Positions 1 through 11,800 of a DNA stretch of 64,000 bases are shown here, piece by piece; position 1 is the stretch's first letter; every line of letters starts with the position of its first letter. The DNA is taken from contig CAYJDM010000004.1 of NCBI GenBank assembly GCA_964368945.1, forward strand, positions 8,577 through 72,576, read 5' to 3'. The DNA comes from an uncultured Candidatus Saccharibacteria bacterium. Lineage in GTDB: Bacteria > Patescibacteriota > Minisyncoccia > Phycocordibacterales > CAIZLB01. The notes beneath the pieces were generated by a model that made no database searches, was not told the DNA's origin, and saw only the letters and a list, made by a program, of their open reading frames with translations. Position numbers and translations under genes: made by a program.

Positions 1-521
1 AATTGCTTCGCGAAATCAAATGCTTCCTGAGGCCCGAAGGTATAATGCCCGCCAACAGGAATGAGCGCATAATCGACTTCGAGATCCGTCACATCGATTC
101 CAGAAGGATAAAACATATCTCCGGCGAAATAGACAGTCTGACCGTCTGCATTGATCAGAAAACCGAAATTTTCAGGAAGGGCTACAGACACATTCGGCCC
201 ATGATCGACATTGAATGATTGCACGGATATTTCATTTATTGAAAAAGTTTCCCCTGCCCTTATTTCCACGATCTCGAAATCGAAAGCCTCTTCTCCCAAC
301 GACTCCTTGCATTCATGATTGAGATATACCTGTTTGGGCTGCAGCTTCTTTATCTGCTCAATCGAAAAATGATCTCCATGAATATGAGAAATGAGCACGG
401 CATCGCAAGTTATTCCTTCCAGCTTTTCCAAAGGCGTCTTATTGCCTATATCAAAAGCCAGCTTGAATCCTGAATTCGTTTCGAGAATAAATCCTGATTG
501 CTCAAATTTGGTAAGTTTCAT
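1..521 (-). CDS. MBL-fold metallo-hydrolase, partial (3' end runs off the window start)
   Basis: ATG at 521-519 on the minus strand. The translation MKLTKFEQSGFILETNSGFKLAFDIGNKTPLEKLEGITCDAVLISHIHGDHF carries the HxHxDH zinc motif typical of the metallo-beta-lactamase fold. There is no stop before position 1. Confidence 0.6.
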   Translation of the reverse strand, partial: MKLTKFEQSGFILETNSGFKLAFDIGNKTPLEKLEGITCDAVLISHIHGDHFSIEQIKKLQPKQVYLNHECKESLGEEAFDFEIVEIRAGETFSINEISVQSFNVDHGPNVSVALPENFGFLINADGQTVYFAGDMFYPSGIDVTDLEVDYALIPVGGHYTFGPQEAFDFAKQ

Positions 522-692
522 TCCAGTATATTAGCACTAATTTGTGGGCAGGAAATATGGCACCAGCTTGGGCAATGTTCAATGAAAGCTCTTGCCCGTC
601 TTCAGCGTCTCCAATATTGCCTCTGACCTTTTCTGGCGAGTTTCTGGTTTTTTGCAATAGATAAATGGCTGCTGATATTTGACAACGTCACC

Positions 693-2249
693 CTATCTCA
701 CGATTTCAGTTGGTTCCATCAGTCTTAGGCCTGCTCTTTGGCCATCGATTGCCATATCAACCTCATCCAAATCATTCTCAATCGCCTCCTTGATTTCCTT
801 TTCCTCCTTTGACAGAGTGCGCTCATGTCGAGTGCGCTGCAATATTTCAAGGTGTCTTTCAAGGCGCTTTTTAAATGTGAGGAGCACCTTTAGATTGTCT
901 CCATTGGACAAAGCCGCGCGCTTCTTGAATCGATTGCGAAGCTTGCTATAGTGAAGCCCGAATTCGAATGCGGCGAAGAGAAGCAAGATAAGCACGGACA
1001 AGATCAGTATCGCGAAGTAAAGCGCAGGCACGCTGAACGATCCTATCGAAATCAGCATCGGCTGCTTTGCTGAGGTGCTTGGCAGTGCGGATTCCGATGG
1101 ATGACTCTCGACAGCCGATACGTTGAAAGCCGCGAGCGACTCGACAGAATTGCCGGCACGGTCAATCGCAACGAGCCTTACCGTATTTTCCCCAGGAGTA
1201 TTCACGGCCATGCTGTATGCGCCATTTATGAATTCAGAAGATGGAACCTTTTTTATCAAAATATCATTTACATATATTTCGTAATAATCCAGACCTGAAG
1301 TTTCATCAACGATATCGGCAGCAATGCTCAATACCTTATTCTGGTCATCATAAGAAAATACGACATCGTTCTTTTTAGGAATCGTATTGTCTACCTGAGC
1401 TATATACGTGCTTGTCGGACCCCATGTCCCGTCTTTGCGCGCCCGAACCTTGAAATACCATGTTCCGTCTTTCAGATCCTGCGCAGACTTTTCATTTATG
1501 GCCGGACTATGCATTACTCGAGCTGAGCCGGATGCATTATTGTCAATTCCTGTCTGTACCGCATCTGCTCCCTTGGGTACCTTCCATCTGAATAGAGGGC
1601 TTGAATCCTTGTACCATGATTCTTGAGAGGGATGGGTCGGCGATGTGATTTGCAAGGCCAACGTTGAAGGCGCCGGTGCCGCGGCAGGTGTCGGTGCCGG
1701 AGCTGGCGTCGGCGTTGGAATATTTTCGACTACAGGCTCGCTGCTCTTGGCAATGGTTATTGTTCTGCCTTTTTTGCTCGTGAGAACATCCGTACCGAAT
1801 CCGTCATTTGCGCGAACAGCGGCATCAGAGAAAAATATATCCGCCTGACCAGCCTTTTTTGCCTTTACCACGATGGATAAGGCCGTGCCGTTTGAGCCGC
1901 CAAACCCAGGAGTCGGAACGCCTCCATTGAAGCTGATCGTTCCGGAAGGGTTTGAATATGCAGGCTCTTCCACCCATAGTGAGAAAACAGAATTGCTCTT
2001 GCTCACCGATACCACTTCCAATAAGTCGGACGGAAAAGCAATTCTTGCCTCAGCATTGTTTATGGCCTGTCCTTCGGCATTCACGACAATGGTCAATGTA
2101 GCTATTCCTCCGGGCGAAAGCGTTGCCGCGCTGGAAGTGATTTGCAAAGTGGCAGCATCCGCTTTGCTGCTGATGAAAAAGAATGCGCTGAGGAAAAAAG
2201 CCGTCGTCCAGAATCGAATGTTATTTTTTGTAACTTTTTTTATAAGCAT
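693..2249 (-). CDS. membrane-anchored cohesin-domain protein (scaffoldin-like)
   Basis: N-terminal signal peptide, then a domain of about 140 aa with a cohesin-like beta pattern (TLTIVVNAEGQAINNAEARIAFPSDLLEVVSVSK...). A PT/PA linker and a Big/FN3-like module follow. A C-terminal TM helix (ALYFAILILSVLILLLFAAF) and a charged coiled-coil tail close the protein. It lies immediately downstream of the dockerin-bearing giant gene. Confidence 0.55.
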   Translation of the reverse strand: MLIKKVTKNNIRFWTTAFFLSAFFFISSKADAATLQITSSAATLSPGGIATLTIVVNAEGQAINNAEARIAFPSDLLEVVSVSKSNSVFSLWVEEPAYSNPSGTISFNGGVPTPGFGGSNGTALSIVVKAKKAGQADIFFSDAAVRANDGFGTDVLTSKKGRTITIAKSSEPVVENIPTPTPAPAPTPAAAPAPSTLALQITSPTHPSQESWYKDSSPLFRWKVPKGADAVQTGIDNNASGSARVMHSPAINEKSAQDLKDGTWYFKVRARKDGTWGPTSTYIAQVDNTIPKKNDVVFSYDDQNKVLSIAADIVDETSGLDYYEIYVNDILIKKVPSSEFINGAYSMAVNTPGENTVRLVAIDRAGNSVESLAAFNVSAVESHPSESALPSTSAKQPMLISIGSFSVPALYFAILILSVLILLLFAAFEFGLHYSKLRNRFKKRAALSNGDNLKVLLTFKKRLERHLEILQRTRHERTLSKEEKEIKEAIENDLDEVDMAIDGQRAGLRLMEPTEIVR

Positions 2250-2853
2250 TGTGGAAAATTACATAGAGGACGATGGCTATTAGTAGAATTATTGTAGCAT
2301 ATTTAAATGCATTGCCACTGTCCTGTGAATAATTATTCGCATTATTATCATTCTTGTTATTGTCATTTGTTGCTGTCGCCGTCCCATCGTTAGCGGCACG
2401 AAGCTCAAGAGGGTTTGAAGAAACCGATTCTTTGGTTCCTTTCCCATCGTTCAAATATGCATTCCCGTCCACATAGGCAATCGTCAAATCATCCGGCTTT
2501 GTCTGAGAGATTTGCAGCCTAAAAAGAAGCCCTTTGGCATTGAAGCCATTCGGAACTCCGCCGACAAATGAAATCGACTTATCCTGCTCGTCATAGAGCG
2601 GCGGCGTAGGCCAAATAGGCAAAATAGACTGACCGTTTTCTATGCGAACCGTCAGACCGTCCGCGCCAGGTCCTGAAAATCGTATTTTTCCTTCGACCAC
2701 ATTCAATGATTTTGACTGTGGATCGATATGCACTTCGACAGTGCGAGAATCTGCAGACGCGCTAAAAAGAAGCTCAGCGGCGAATGCGCTGCGCGGCATG
2801 AGTATTGTCAGAAGAATGAAGGTTCCTATGAGATATGAAGGTATTTTAAGCAT
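2221..2853 (-). CDS. cohesin-like domain protein with C-terminal TM anchor
   Basis: Signal peptide plus a paralogous cohesin-like domain (ISFVGGVPNGFNAKGLLFRLQI resembles TISFNGGVPTPGFGGSNGTALSIVV in the neighbouring gene). An Asn/Asp-rich linker and a C-terminal TM helix follow. Confidence 0.5.
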   Translation of the reverse strand: MLKIPSYLIGTFILLTILMPRSAFAAELLFSASADSRTVEVHIDPQSKSLNVVEGKIRFSGPGADGLTVRIENGQSILPIWPTPPLYDEQDKSISFVGGVPNGFNAKGLLFRLQISQTKPDDLTIAYVDGNAYLNDGKGTKESVSSNPLELRAANDGTATATNDNNKNDNNANNYSQDSGNAFKYATIILLIAIVLYVIFHNAYKKSYKK

Positions 2854-2860
2854 GGTTTAA

Positions 2861-5800
2861 TTATTGTCTCTTGAATAAGGCAGGATTTTTACCCCACTGA
2901 TAAAGAAGTATCGAGAAATCGACTGAGTTGACTTGCTTGTCTGTATTCGTATCTACGCAGGCATTCTTATATGGTCCTGCAGTCTTCCAGAAAGCAAGCA
3001 TGATTGAGAAGTCTATTGAATTCACCTTGCCATCGCTATTGAGGTCTGCGCCCACGCATGCTCCGTTTGGCTTTGTCACGACTGGCGGAATTATGATGCT
3101 CACGCCTCCGCTGCCGCCGCCACCTCCTCCGCCACCGCCGCCAGTAGGTGGCTCAACGGGAGTGTCTGCCACTGCCGTGAATGACTGATGTGCGACTGAT
3201 GAATCTGATCCGAACTGAACATTGATATGGAAGAAGTAATTGCCAGCAACAGGAACCGTAGAGTTGAGGATCGTATCGAAGTTTTCTCCAGGCTGAATGA
3301 GTTTTGCAGCCGTTGAGCTAAAGACATCATCTCCGCTTCCGCAAAGATTGACAGCGCTGTCCGTTACGCACCATGTATATTGATATTCATATGCAACCGA
3401 ACCTTCATTGGTAATGCGAACCGCTGTACCGATTGTCGGAGTGATCAAATCGCTGAAGCTCTGGATAAGAACCTGCGCTGGCGCACCCGGCGTCGCGCTT
3501 ACAACAGAAGACGATGTTCCCGTACCGACGATGTTCTTGGCGTACACTCTAAAGTCATATGAATTGTCATTCGACAGGCTTGTTACTGTCGCATTAGGAA
3601 CCGTGCTCACGCCATCGGCAAATGTCGTCCATGTTCCGCCTATCGTCAGCTTGTATTGGATGACGTAATCAGTTAGCGCCGAACCGCCATCTGAAACAGG
3701 GGCCGTCCATGAAAGATCTATGCTGGAATCCCCGACAACAGCAGCAAGGTTTATCGGCGCTCCAGGCACGCTTGCCGGCGTCACGCCGGCGCTAGAACCA
3801 GAAGAAACGCTTGTACCAATAGCATTGGTAGCAGTGACGGTGAATGTATATGTTACTCCATTCGTCAATCCTGTGACTATGGCATTTGTAGTTGTGCTAT
3901 TGACCGTAATGCCGCCAGGACCCGAAGTGACGGTGTAGCCCGTGATCGCTGATCCTCCATTCGAAGCCGGAGCTGACCAGGTAACGCTGACGCTCGTATC
4001 GCCAATAGTTCCTGCGACATTCGTTGGCGCATCAGGCACGGTTGCAGGAGTGACGGAATTGCTTGCAATCGATGCGGTGCTCGTACCTGCGGCATTCGTC
4101 GCGGTCACGGTGAACGTATATGCCTGGCCGTTCGTAAGGCCAGTAATCGTGATCGGCGATGATCCTGCAGATGCAATATGTCCGCCGCTTGATGTGACTG
4201 TGTAGTATGTGATCGCAGAGCCGCCATTAGATACAGGAGGAGTAAAAGTAATCGTTGCCTGTCCATTTCCGCTAGTTGCTGTTCCGATAGTCGGAGCATC
4301 AGGAACTGTCGCCGGTGTAACTGAATTGCTTGCTGCCGATGCGGTGCTCGTACCTGCTGCATTTGTCGCAGTTACCGTGAATGTATATGCAGTGCCGTTT
4401 GTCAGGCCAAGGACCGTGATCGGCGAAGATCCGCCGGTTGCAGTGTGGCCTCCGCTTGAAGTTACCGTATATGAAGTGATAGCAGAACCTCCGTTGCTTA
4501 CAGGCGCCGTGAATGTGATCGTTGCTTGGCCATTTCCTAGAGTGGCTGTGCCAATTGTTGGAGCGCCAGGAACAGTTGCTGGCGTGACGGAATTTGAAAC
4601 TGCAGAAGCTGTGCTCGTGCCGGCTGCATTAATTGCGGCAACGGTGAACGTATACGTTGTTCCATTTGTAAGTCCCAAGACCGTGATAGGCGAAGATCCG
4701 CCGGTTGCAGTATGGCCGCCGCTTGATGTGACGATATAGCCAGTGATTGCAGAGCCTCCGCTATTCAAAGGCGGAGTGAATGTGATCGTCGCTTGTCCAT
4801 TTCCAGCTGTCGCTGTGCCGATCGTTGGCGCGAACGGAACGGTTGTCGGCGTTACGGAATTGCTTGATGCTGATGCGGTGCTTGTGCCAACTGCATTCGT
4901 AGCTGTCACAGTGAACGTATACGCCTGGCCGTTTGTAAGGCCCGTTATTACGATCGGAGAGCTTCCGCCCGTAGCGCTAAAGCCGCCAGTGTTTGAAGTG
5001 ACCGTATAGTACAGAATATTTGAACCGCCATTGTTCACCGGAGGAGTGAATGTAATTGTCGCTTCGCCATTTCCCAATGTCGCAGTGCCGATTATTGGTG
5101 CATCAGGAGTTGTTGCAGGAGTGACAGAATTGCTTGTCGGCGATGGCGTGCTAGTTCCGAATGCATTGCTTGCCGTTACCGTGAACGTATATGTTGTTCC
5201 GTTTGCAAGGCCTGTGATCGTGATCGGCGAGCTTCCACCTGTCGCGCTAAATCCTCCAACGTTAGATGTGACTGTGTAGTACGTAATTGCAGAACCTCCG
5301 TTTGATACAGGCGGAGTGAATGAAACCGTAGCTTCACCGTTTCCTCGAACTGCAGTTACGCCAGTAGGCGCTCCAGGCACTGTAATAGGGGTAACTGAAT
5401 TCGTGGCAGTTGAAGCAGAGCTTGTTCCTACGGCATTTGTCGCTGTGACTGTGAAATTATATGTAGTGCCATTTGTGAGGCCGGTAACTATTACTGGCGA
5501 TGCTCCACTGTATACGACAAACCCTCCAGTGTTTGAAGTCACCGTATAATACAAGACTGATGAATACCCATCGCTCGCCCCTGGAGTGAATGTGATAGTC
5601 GCTTCCCCATTGCCAGCAGTTGCAGTGCCGATCGTTGGCGCATCCGGAACAGTTGCTGGAGAAATTGAATTGCTAGCTACTGATGCAGTGCTTGTTCCTA
5701 CAGCATTCGTTGCAGTTACGGTGAATGTATAAGCCTGGCCATTCGTAAGACCAGTAACGATAAGCGGAGATGAAGCGCCGAATGCTGTCAGCCCTCCGAC

Positions 5801-8800
5801 ATTTGATGTGACCGTATAGCCAGTGATCGCTGAGCCGCCATTGCTTACAGGCGCCGTGAATGTAATTGTCGCCTGGCCATTTCCTCGAACTGCCGTTACG
5901 CCAGTCGGCGCATCAGGCACTGTCGCAGGCGTTACGGAATTTGTCGCGCTAGATGCAGAGCTTGTTCCGATTGCATTTGTTGCCGTAACAGTGAACGTAT
6001 ATGCAATGCCGTTAGTGAGGCCAGTAACCGTAATCGGCGAAGATCCGCCGGTTGCCGTATGCCCTCCGCTCGAAGTTACCGTATATGAAGTGATAGCAGA
6101 ACCTCCATTGCTGACTGGTGCTGTGAACGTGATCGTCGCCTGGCCATTTCCGCCAGTCGCCGTTCCGATAGTCGGAGCATCTGGCACAGTGGCCGGAGTT
6201 ACGGCATTGCTTGTTGCAGAAATCGTGCTAGTGCCAGCGCTATTTGTCGCTGTCACAGTAAATGTATACGTTACCCCATTCGTAAGTCCTGTGACTGTAA
6301 TTGGCGATGAGCCACCTGTCGCTGTAACTCCGGTATTTGATGTAACCGTATAGTATGAAATCGCTGCTCCGCCGTTTGATACTGGAGGAGTAAACGTAAT
6401 TGTCGCCTGGCCATTTCCATCAACTGCGCTTATGCCCGTTGGAGCGTCAGGAACGGTCGCAGGCGTTACTGAGTTCGTAGTAGCAGAAGCCGAGCTTGTT
6501 CCATATGCATTAGTCGCTGTGACCGTGAATGTATATGCCTGACCATTTGTAAGGCCCGTTACTGTGATTGGCGAAGATCCTCCGTATGCAATAAATCCTC
6601 CGACATTCGATGTGACAGTATAATATGTGATTGCTGACCCGCCATTAGATACTGGCGGAGTGAATGTGATCGTCGCCTGGCCATTGCCACCTGTTGCAGT
6701 GCCGATAGTCGGAGCATCAGGGATTGTCGCGGGAGTTACCGCATTGCTCGTTCCTGATGATGTGCTTGTTCCATATGCATTTGTCGCAGTAACCGTGAAG
6801 GTATATGTTACGCCATTTGTAAGGCCAGTAATTGTGATTGGTGACCCACCGCTTGTCGCGCTAAATCCTCCAGTATTTGAAGTCACCATATACGACAAGA
6901 TCTGTGATCCGCCAGTATTGCCAGGCGCCGTGAATGTAATTGTCGCCTGGCCATTTCCAGCAAGAGCAGTGACGTTAGTCGGAGCATCTGGCGCAACCTG
7001 ATAATTGAAATATGGATACGTAGTTGTCTCTGCGATCTTCCAAACAGGAAGAGTGCTGAAATCCCAGTTTGTAAATGTAGCCTGCTGCTTCATTTGAACA
7101 GTGGTTTTTCCTGCGGTATTTGTTGGTGTCGTCGCGTTTCCAGCGCCATCAGTTTTGCCCGATGTCGTCGTATCCCAATAGCTTGATGCCCATGTTCCGC
7201 TCACTGGGTTTCCGACGATTCCTCCAGCATACTGAAGCGACGCTGATGAGCCGGTAGCGCCAGTCGCGCCATCACTTCCTCCAGAACCGCCAGTACCCTT
7301 TGAACCAGCGGCACCACCGGCAGCTCCTGATGTCTTCGTCGCAGTTGGAACGCTTGATGAATATGTATTTGTAACTAGAGAAGTCGCATGGCTACCCAAA
7401 AGTCCTCCGACTAAGGCGCTCGCGCCAGCGCCTCCGACGCCTCCGTTTGCTCCGTTGCCATTTGCTCCAACGCTACCTCCTCCTGCCGCTCCTCCGTTTC
7501 CGCCATTTCCTCCTTTGCCTCCAAGAGCGGGTGATCCGGCAGTCGCAGTAACACTACCCAATGAATATGCATTGGTAATGACTCCTGTATTATCACCGAC
7601 GAGGCCTCCTCCCGTCACGGCTCCACCCGCGCCTCCGGTTGCGCCTGCGGCTCCGACTTGACCGGCACCGCCGTTTCCTGAGCCGCCCGAGCCGCCAACT
7701 CCTCCATTTCCGCCATTTCCTCCGATGCCTCCCGTTGCGCCATTTCCGCCTGTCATTGTTACAGTCGTCGAAGCATAGCTATTATTGAAAGATCCGGTCG
7801 TAAGGTTTGAGCCGATAAGTCCGCCGGCAATGCTTGCGCCTCCGACACCTCCAGCGCTACCTGCGACACTCGTACCGCCATTTCCTCCTGCAAGCGTTCC
7901 TCCATTTCCTCCATTGCCGGACAGTCCTCTGACGCCAGCAGTTCCGCCATTTCCCCCCGTTGTTGTAACGCTGCCTGCAGTCCAAGAGTTTGAAACCACT
8001 CCGGCAGTAAAGTTATATCCGATAAGGCCGCCGACATGCAATGCTGCGCCGTTTCCAGCATCAGAAGTCGCGCCTTGGTTGCCTCCATTTCCACCCGCGC
8101 CAGTCGCCCCTCCGTTTCCTCCGTTGCCGGCATTTCCTCCATTGCCCGCTGCGCCGCCATTTGCTCCGGTAACAGAAACGGCGCCAACTGAATAGACAGT
8201 TGCGATCGTGCCAAGGTTATAGCCCAGAAAACCTCCGACATATTTAATTCCGCCCACAGTACCGACTCCGCTCGCGCCAGCATTCCCGCCGGCTCCTCCA
8301 GTTCCAGCTGATGCGCCAGCTCCTCCCTGTCCGCCATTTCCGGCATTTCCTCCATTACCTCCGTTGCCACCGCTCAAAGTAACATTTCCTGTCGCATAAG
8401 AATCCTTGATCACTCTTGTAGTTTCATTGCGTGCGACAAGCCCTCCTCCGTACGCAAAACCTCCAACGCCTCCAGCGGTCGCTGCTCCGCCAATTCCTCC
8501 GTTGCCACCAGCGCCAGAAGTTCCGGCGCCACCGTTTGCTCCATTTCCGCCCGTTCCTCCCTGTCCGCCATTTCCAGCAACTCCAACCACATTTGAAGTA
8601 GAGTATGAATATGTCTGAATAGTTCCGTCATTCCTTCCGATAAGTCCGCCGACAAATACAGTTCCCGCAGAACCAGCAGCTCCGCCTGCACCCGCTGCAC
8701 CTCCAGCCGCAGCAATGCCGGAAGTTCCGCCATTTCCTCCAGTTCCTCCTTGTCCGCCATTTCCGCTCGTACCGCTTACAGTGGCGCCTATTGCATAGCT

Positions 8801-11800
8801 TGTCGTAACCGTATTCGCAGCGTTTATATTGTAGCCAATAAGTCCGCCTGCATAGCTATCTCCACCGGCGCCTGCAGCGCCTCCAATCGTTCCCGCTCCT
8901 CCATTCCCCGTGCTCAAAGACGCATCTGCGCCATTTCCTCCAGTTCCTCCATTTCCTCCATTTCGTGCAAGCGATGTCACTGATCCGGCAGCATAAGAAT
9001 TCAAGATAACTCCAGTCGCTGCATTGATTCCGACAAGTCCTCCTGCATATGAAGCGCCGCCTGCGCCCATTGCACCCACAGTTCCTCCTGCAGCACCAGT
9101 CGTAGCTGTGCCGCTATTGCTTGCGCCTCCTGCGCCTCCGTTTCCTGCCGTGCCAACATTGCCGCTCGTCGAAGTAACGTCTCCTGTAGCATATGAATTG
9201 CTTTCAATAATTCCTCCGCCTGCGAGACCGGCTGATCCGTTTGTTCCGACAAGTCCTCCCGCATACGATGCGCCTCCGGCACCCGAAGCGCCTCCTGCTC
9301 CTCCAACGCCTCCAATCGAATTAGTTCCACCGGCGCCTCCAATTATTCCAGCGCCTCCATTGCCGCTCGCACCTCCCGTCGCGCTAACTGCCCGCGTAGA
9401 ATAATTCGCTGTCACTTGAAAGTTATTGCTCGCAGTCGCATTGATTTGAGCAATCAATCCGCCGGCATACGCAGCGCCTCCGGCTCCAGTTGGGCCAGAT
9501 GCACCAGTTGAACCTCCTGCACCAGTTCCGCCGGCAGCAGATACGCCAGCATTTCCGCCAGTACCAGAAGCTCCTCCGATCGCAGTCACAGTTCCAGTGG
9601 CTGAATAATTATTCAAATAGTGAATGAATCCAGTCGTGACGCTCCCGAGCCCGATCAATCCGCCAGCATCCGCTTCACCGCCAATGCCCGATCCGCCGCC
9701 CGCTCCGCCTGCGCCTCCAATAGTTCCGCCTACGCCGCCATTGCCACCAGTGCTTCCAGAAGCGCCGATTCCACCCTGAGCGATTACAGCTCCTGTTGCA
9801 AATGAATTAATGATTCCGCTTCCCGCTGGGTTAACGGTAATTCTGTGAATACCGATAAGTCCGCCTGCATATGCAGCGCCTCCTGTCGCCGGTGTCAATA
9901 CGGATCCGCCGCCCGCGCCTCCAGCCGCGCCAGTCGCTGAGTCACCTCCTGTGCCGCTCGTACCCTGATTGCCCGCATCTCCTCCAGTCGCGCTTACATC
10001 ACCCGTAGCATTTAGCGTAAGGAAATCAATCGATCCTGATGTGAGGTTGCTCAGTCCAACTAATCCGCCAGCGACCGCTTCACCGCCGATTCCTGCAACG
10101 CCGCCCAAGCCTCCTGTCGCACCAGCATGCGTACCGCTTCCAGTGGAACCATCTCCTCCGGTTCCTCCCTGACCGGCATTTCCTCCATTGCCTGCGACAA
10201 CTTCAACATCGCCCGTAGCATTAGAATTTGATATACGCATCACTTGGGTTGTACCGCTGATTCGTCCGACTAATCCGCCGCCATATGCAGCCGCTCCTGC
10301 TCCTCCATTTCCACCAACTCCAGCAACCGCTGCAGTACCTGACGACTGACTTGCTCCAGATGTTCCTCCCGTTCCTCCCTGTCCGCCATTTCCTCCATTG
10401 CCACTAGTGACAGAAATATTTACTGTTGAATATGAAAATCCTTGAATCGTACCGATTGCCGATAGGAAATCTCCTACAAGCCCGCCAAAGGCACGGATAC
10501 CTCCCGCGCCTCCGGCTCCGCCGACAGAACCGGCTCCGCCATTATTTGCTCCGACTCCCGCGCCTCCGTTTCCGCCATTGCCTCCATTTCCTCCATTTCC
10601 TCCAGCCTGCTCAGTTCCTGAAATAGTCAATGTATCTGAATAAGACGAAGTAATTATTCCTGAGCTAAATCCGATAAGGCCTCCAGCATAAGTTCCGCCC
10701 GCTGCGCCACCAATACCAGCGGTACCCAAACCTCCCGCGCCGCCAACGCCGCCAGCAGCAAGCCCTGAACCGCCATTGCCAGCATTGCCGCCATTGCCAG
10801 GAGTTCCGCCTGTGATTACGATATTGCCTTTTCCTGAAGCGGAGTCGTAACTTGCATACGATGAAATGACATCAGAGATTGCATAGCCGACAAGACCGCC
10901 TGCGTATACGATACCTGATGCACCTCCGGCGCCAGCAACGCTTCCTGCCGCACCCGTATTAGCTCCAGCAGAAATACCCGCTGCGCCATTTGCGCCAGAC
11001 CCCCCCGTCAGGACGAGCGATGTTTTCGAATATGATTCCGCTTCAATAACGCCCGTCGTATATCCAGCCAGCCCGCCGACATATATGGCACCGCCAGCGC
11101 CACCGTTAGATCCGGCGCCTCCGACTCCATATATAGCAGTACCTGTACCAATTCCACCCGTTCCGCCGAGAGCAGATGCGCCTCCATTTCCACCAGTTAC
11201 GGTAACAGTTCCAGTTTGTGCATAGCTCGAGGTGATTGTTCCGAGGATGTTTTGACCGACCAGTCCTCCAGCAAATATAACCGCGCCGGCGCCACCTGCT
11301 CCAGCCGCTCCGCCGGCGCCACCGATATGGTTCGTACCAGCTGATCCGTTTCCACCATTTCCACCCACTCCTCCATTGCCTCCATTACCGCCAAGCGCAG
11401 TAACGCTTGTCGTTGCATACGAATTTGTAATAATTGCCAAAACTGCAGTGACGCCATTTCGTCCGGCCAACCCTCCAACAGACACCGTTCCGCCAACTCC
11501 TCCGTTAGCACCTGCGCCTCCGGCTGCTGCAGTACCGTTTGTAATGCTTCCTGATGCGCCTCCATTTCCGCCGGCGCCTCCATTGCCTGCATTTCCTCCT
11601 ATCGCCGTAACGGTTCCGCCTATATGATATGTATTCAAAATCGCAGCGGTGCTATCGCCAACCAAACCTCCGGTAAAATTAGATCCGCTGCTTGCGCCGA
11701 TGGTCCCTGCAGTTCCCACGGTGCCCGCCACCGAAGAACCTCCAGCGCCTCCTGCTCCTCCTGCGCCTGAATTTCCTCCATTACCAGAAGTTCCCTGCAC

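Noticed and set aside
1101-2860. Plus-strand ORFs overlapping the two cohesin-like genes
   Set aside because: They are antisense to better-supported minus-strand genes that have signal peptides and domain structure. No start signals are present.
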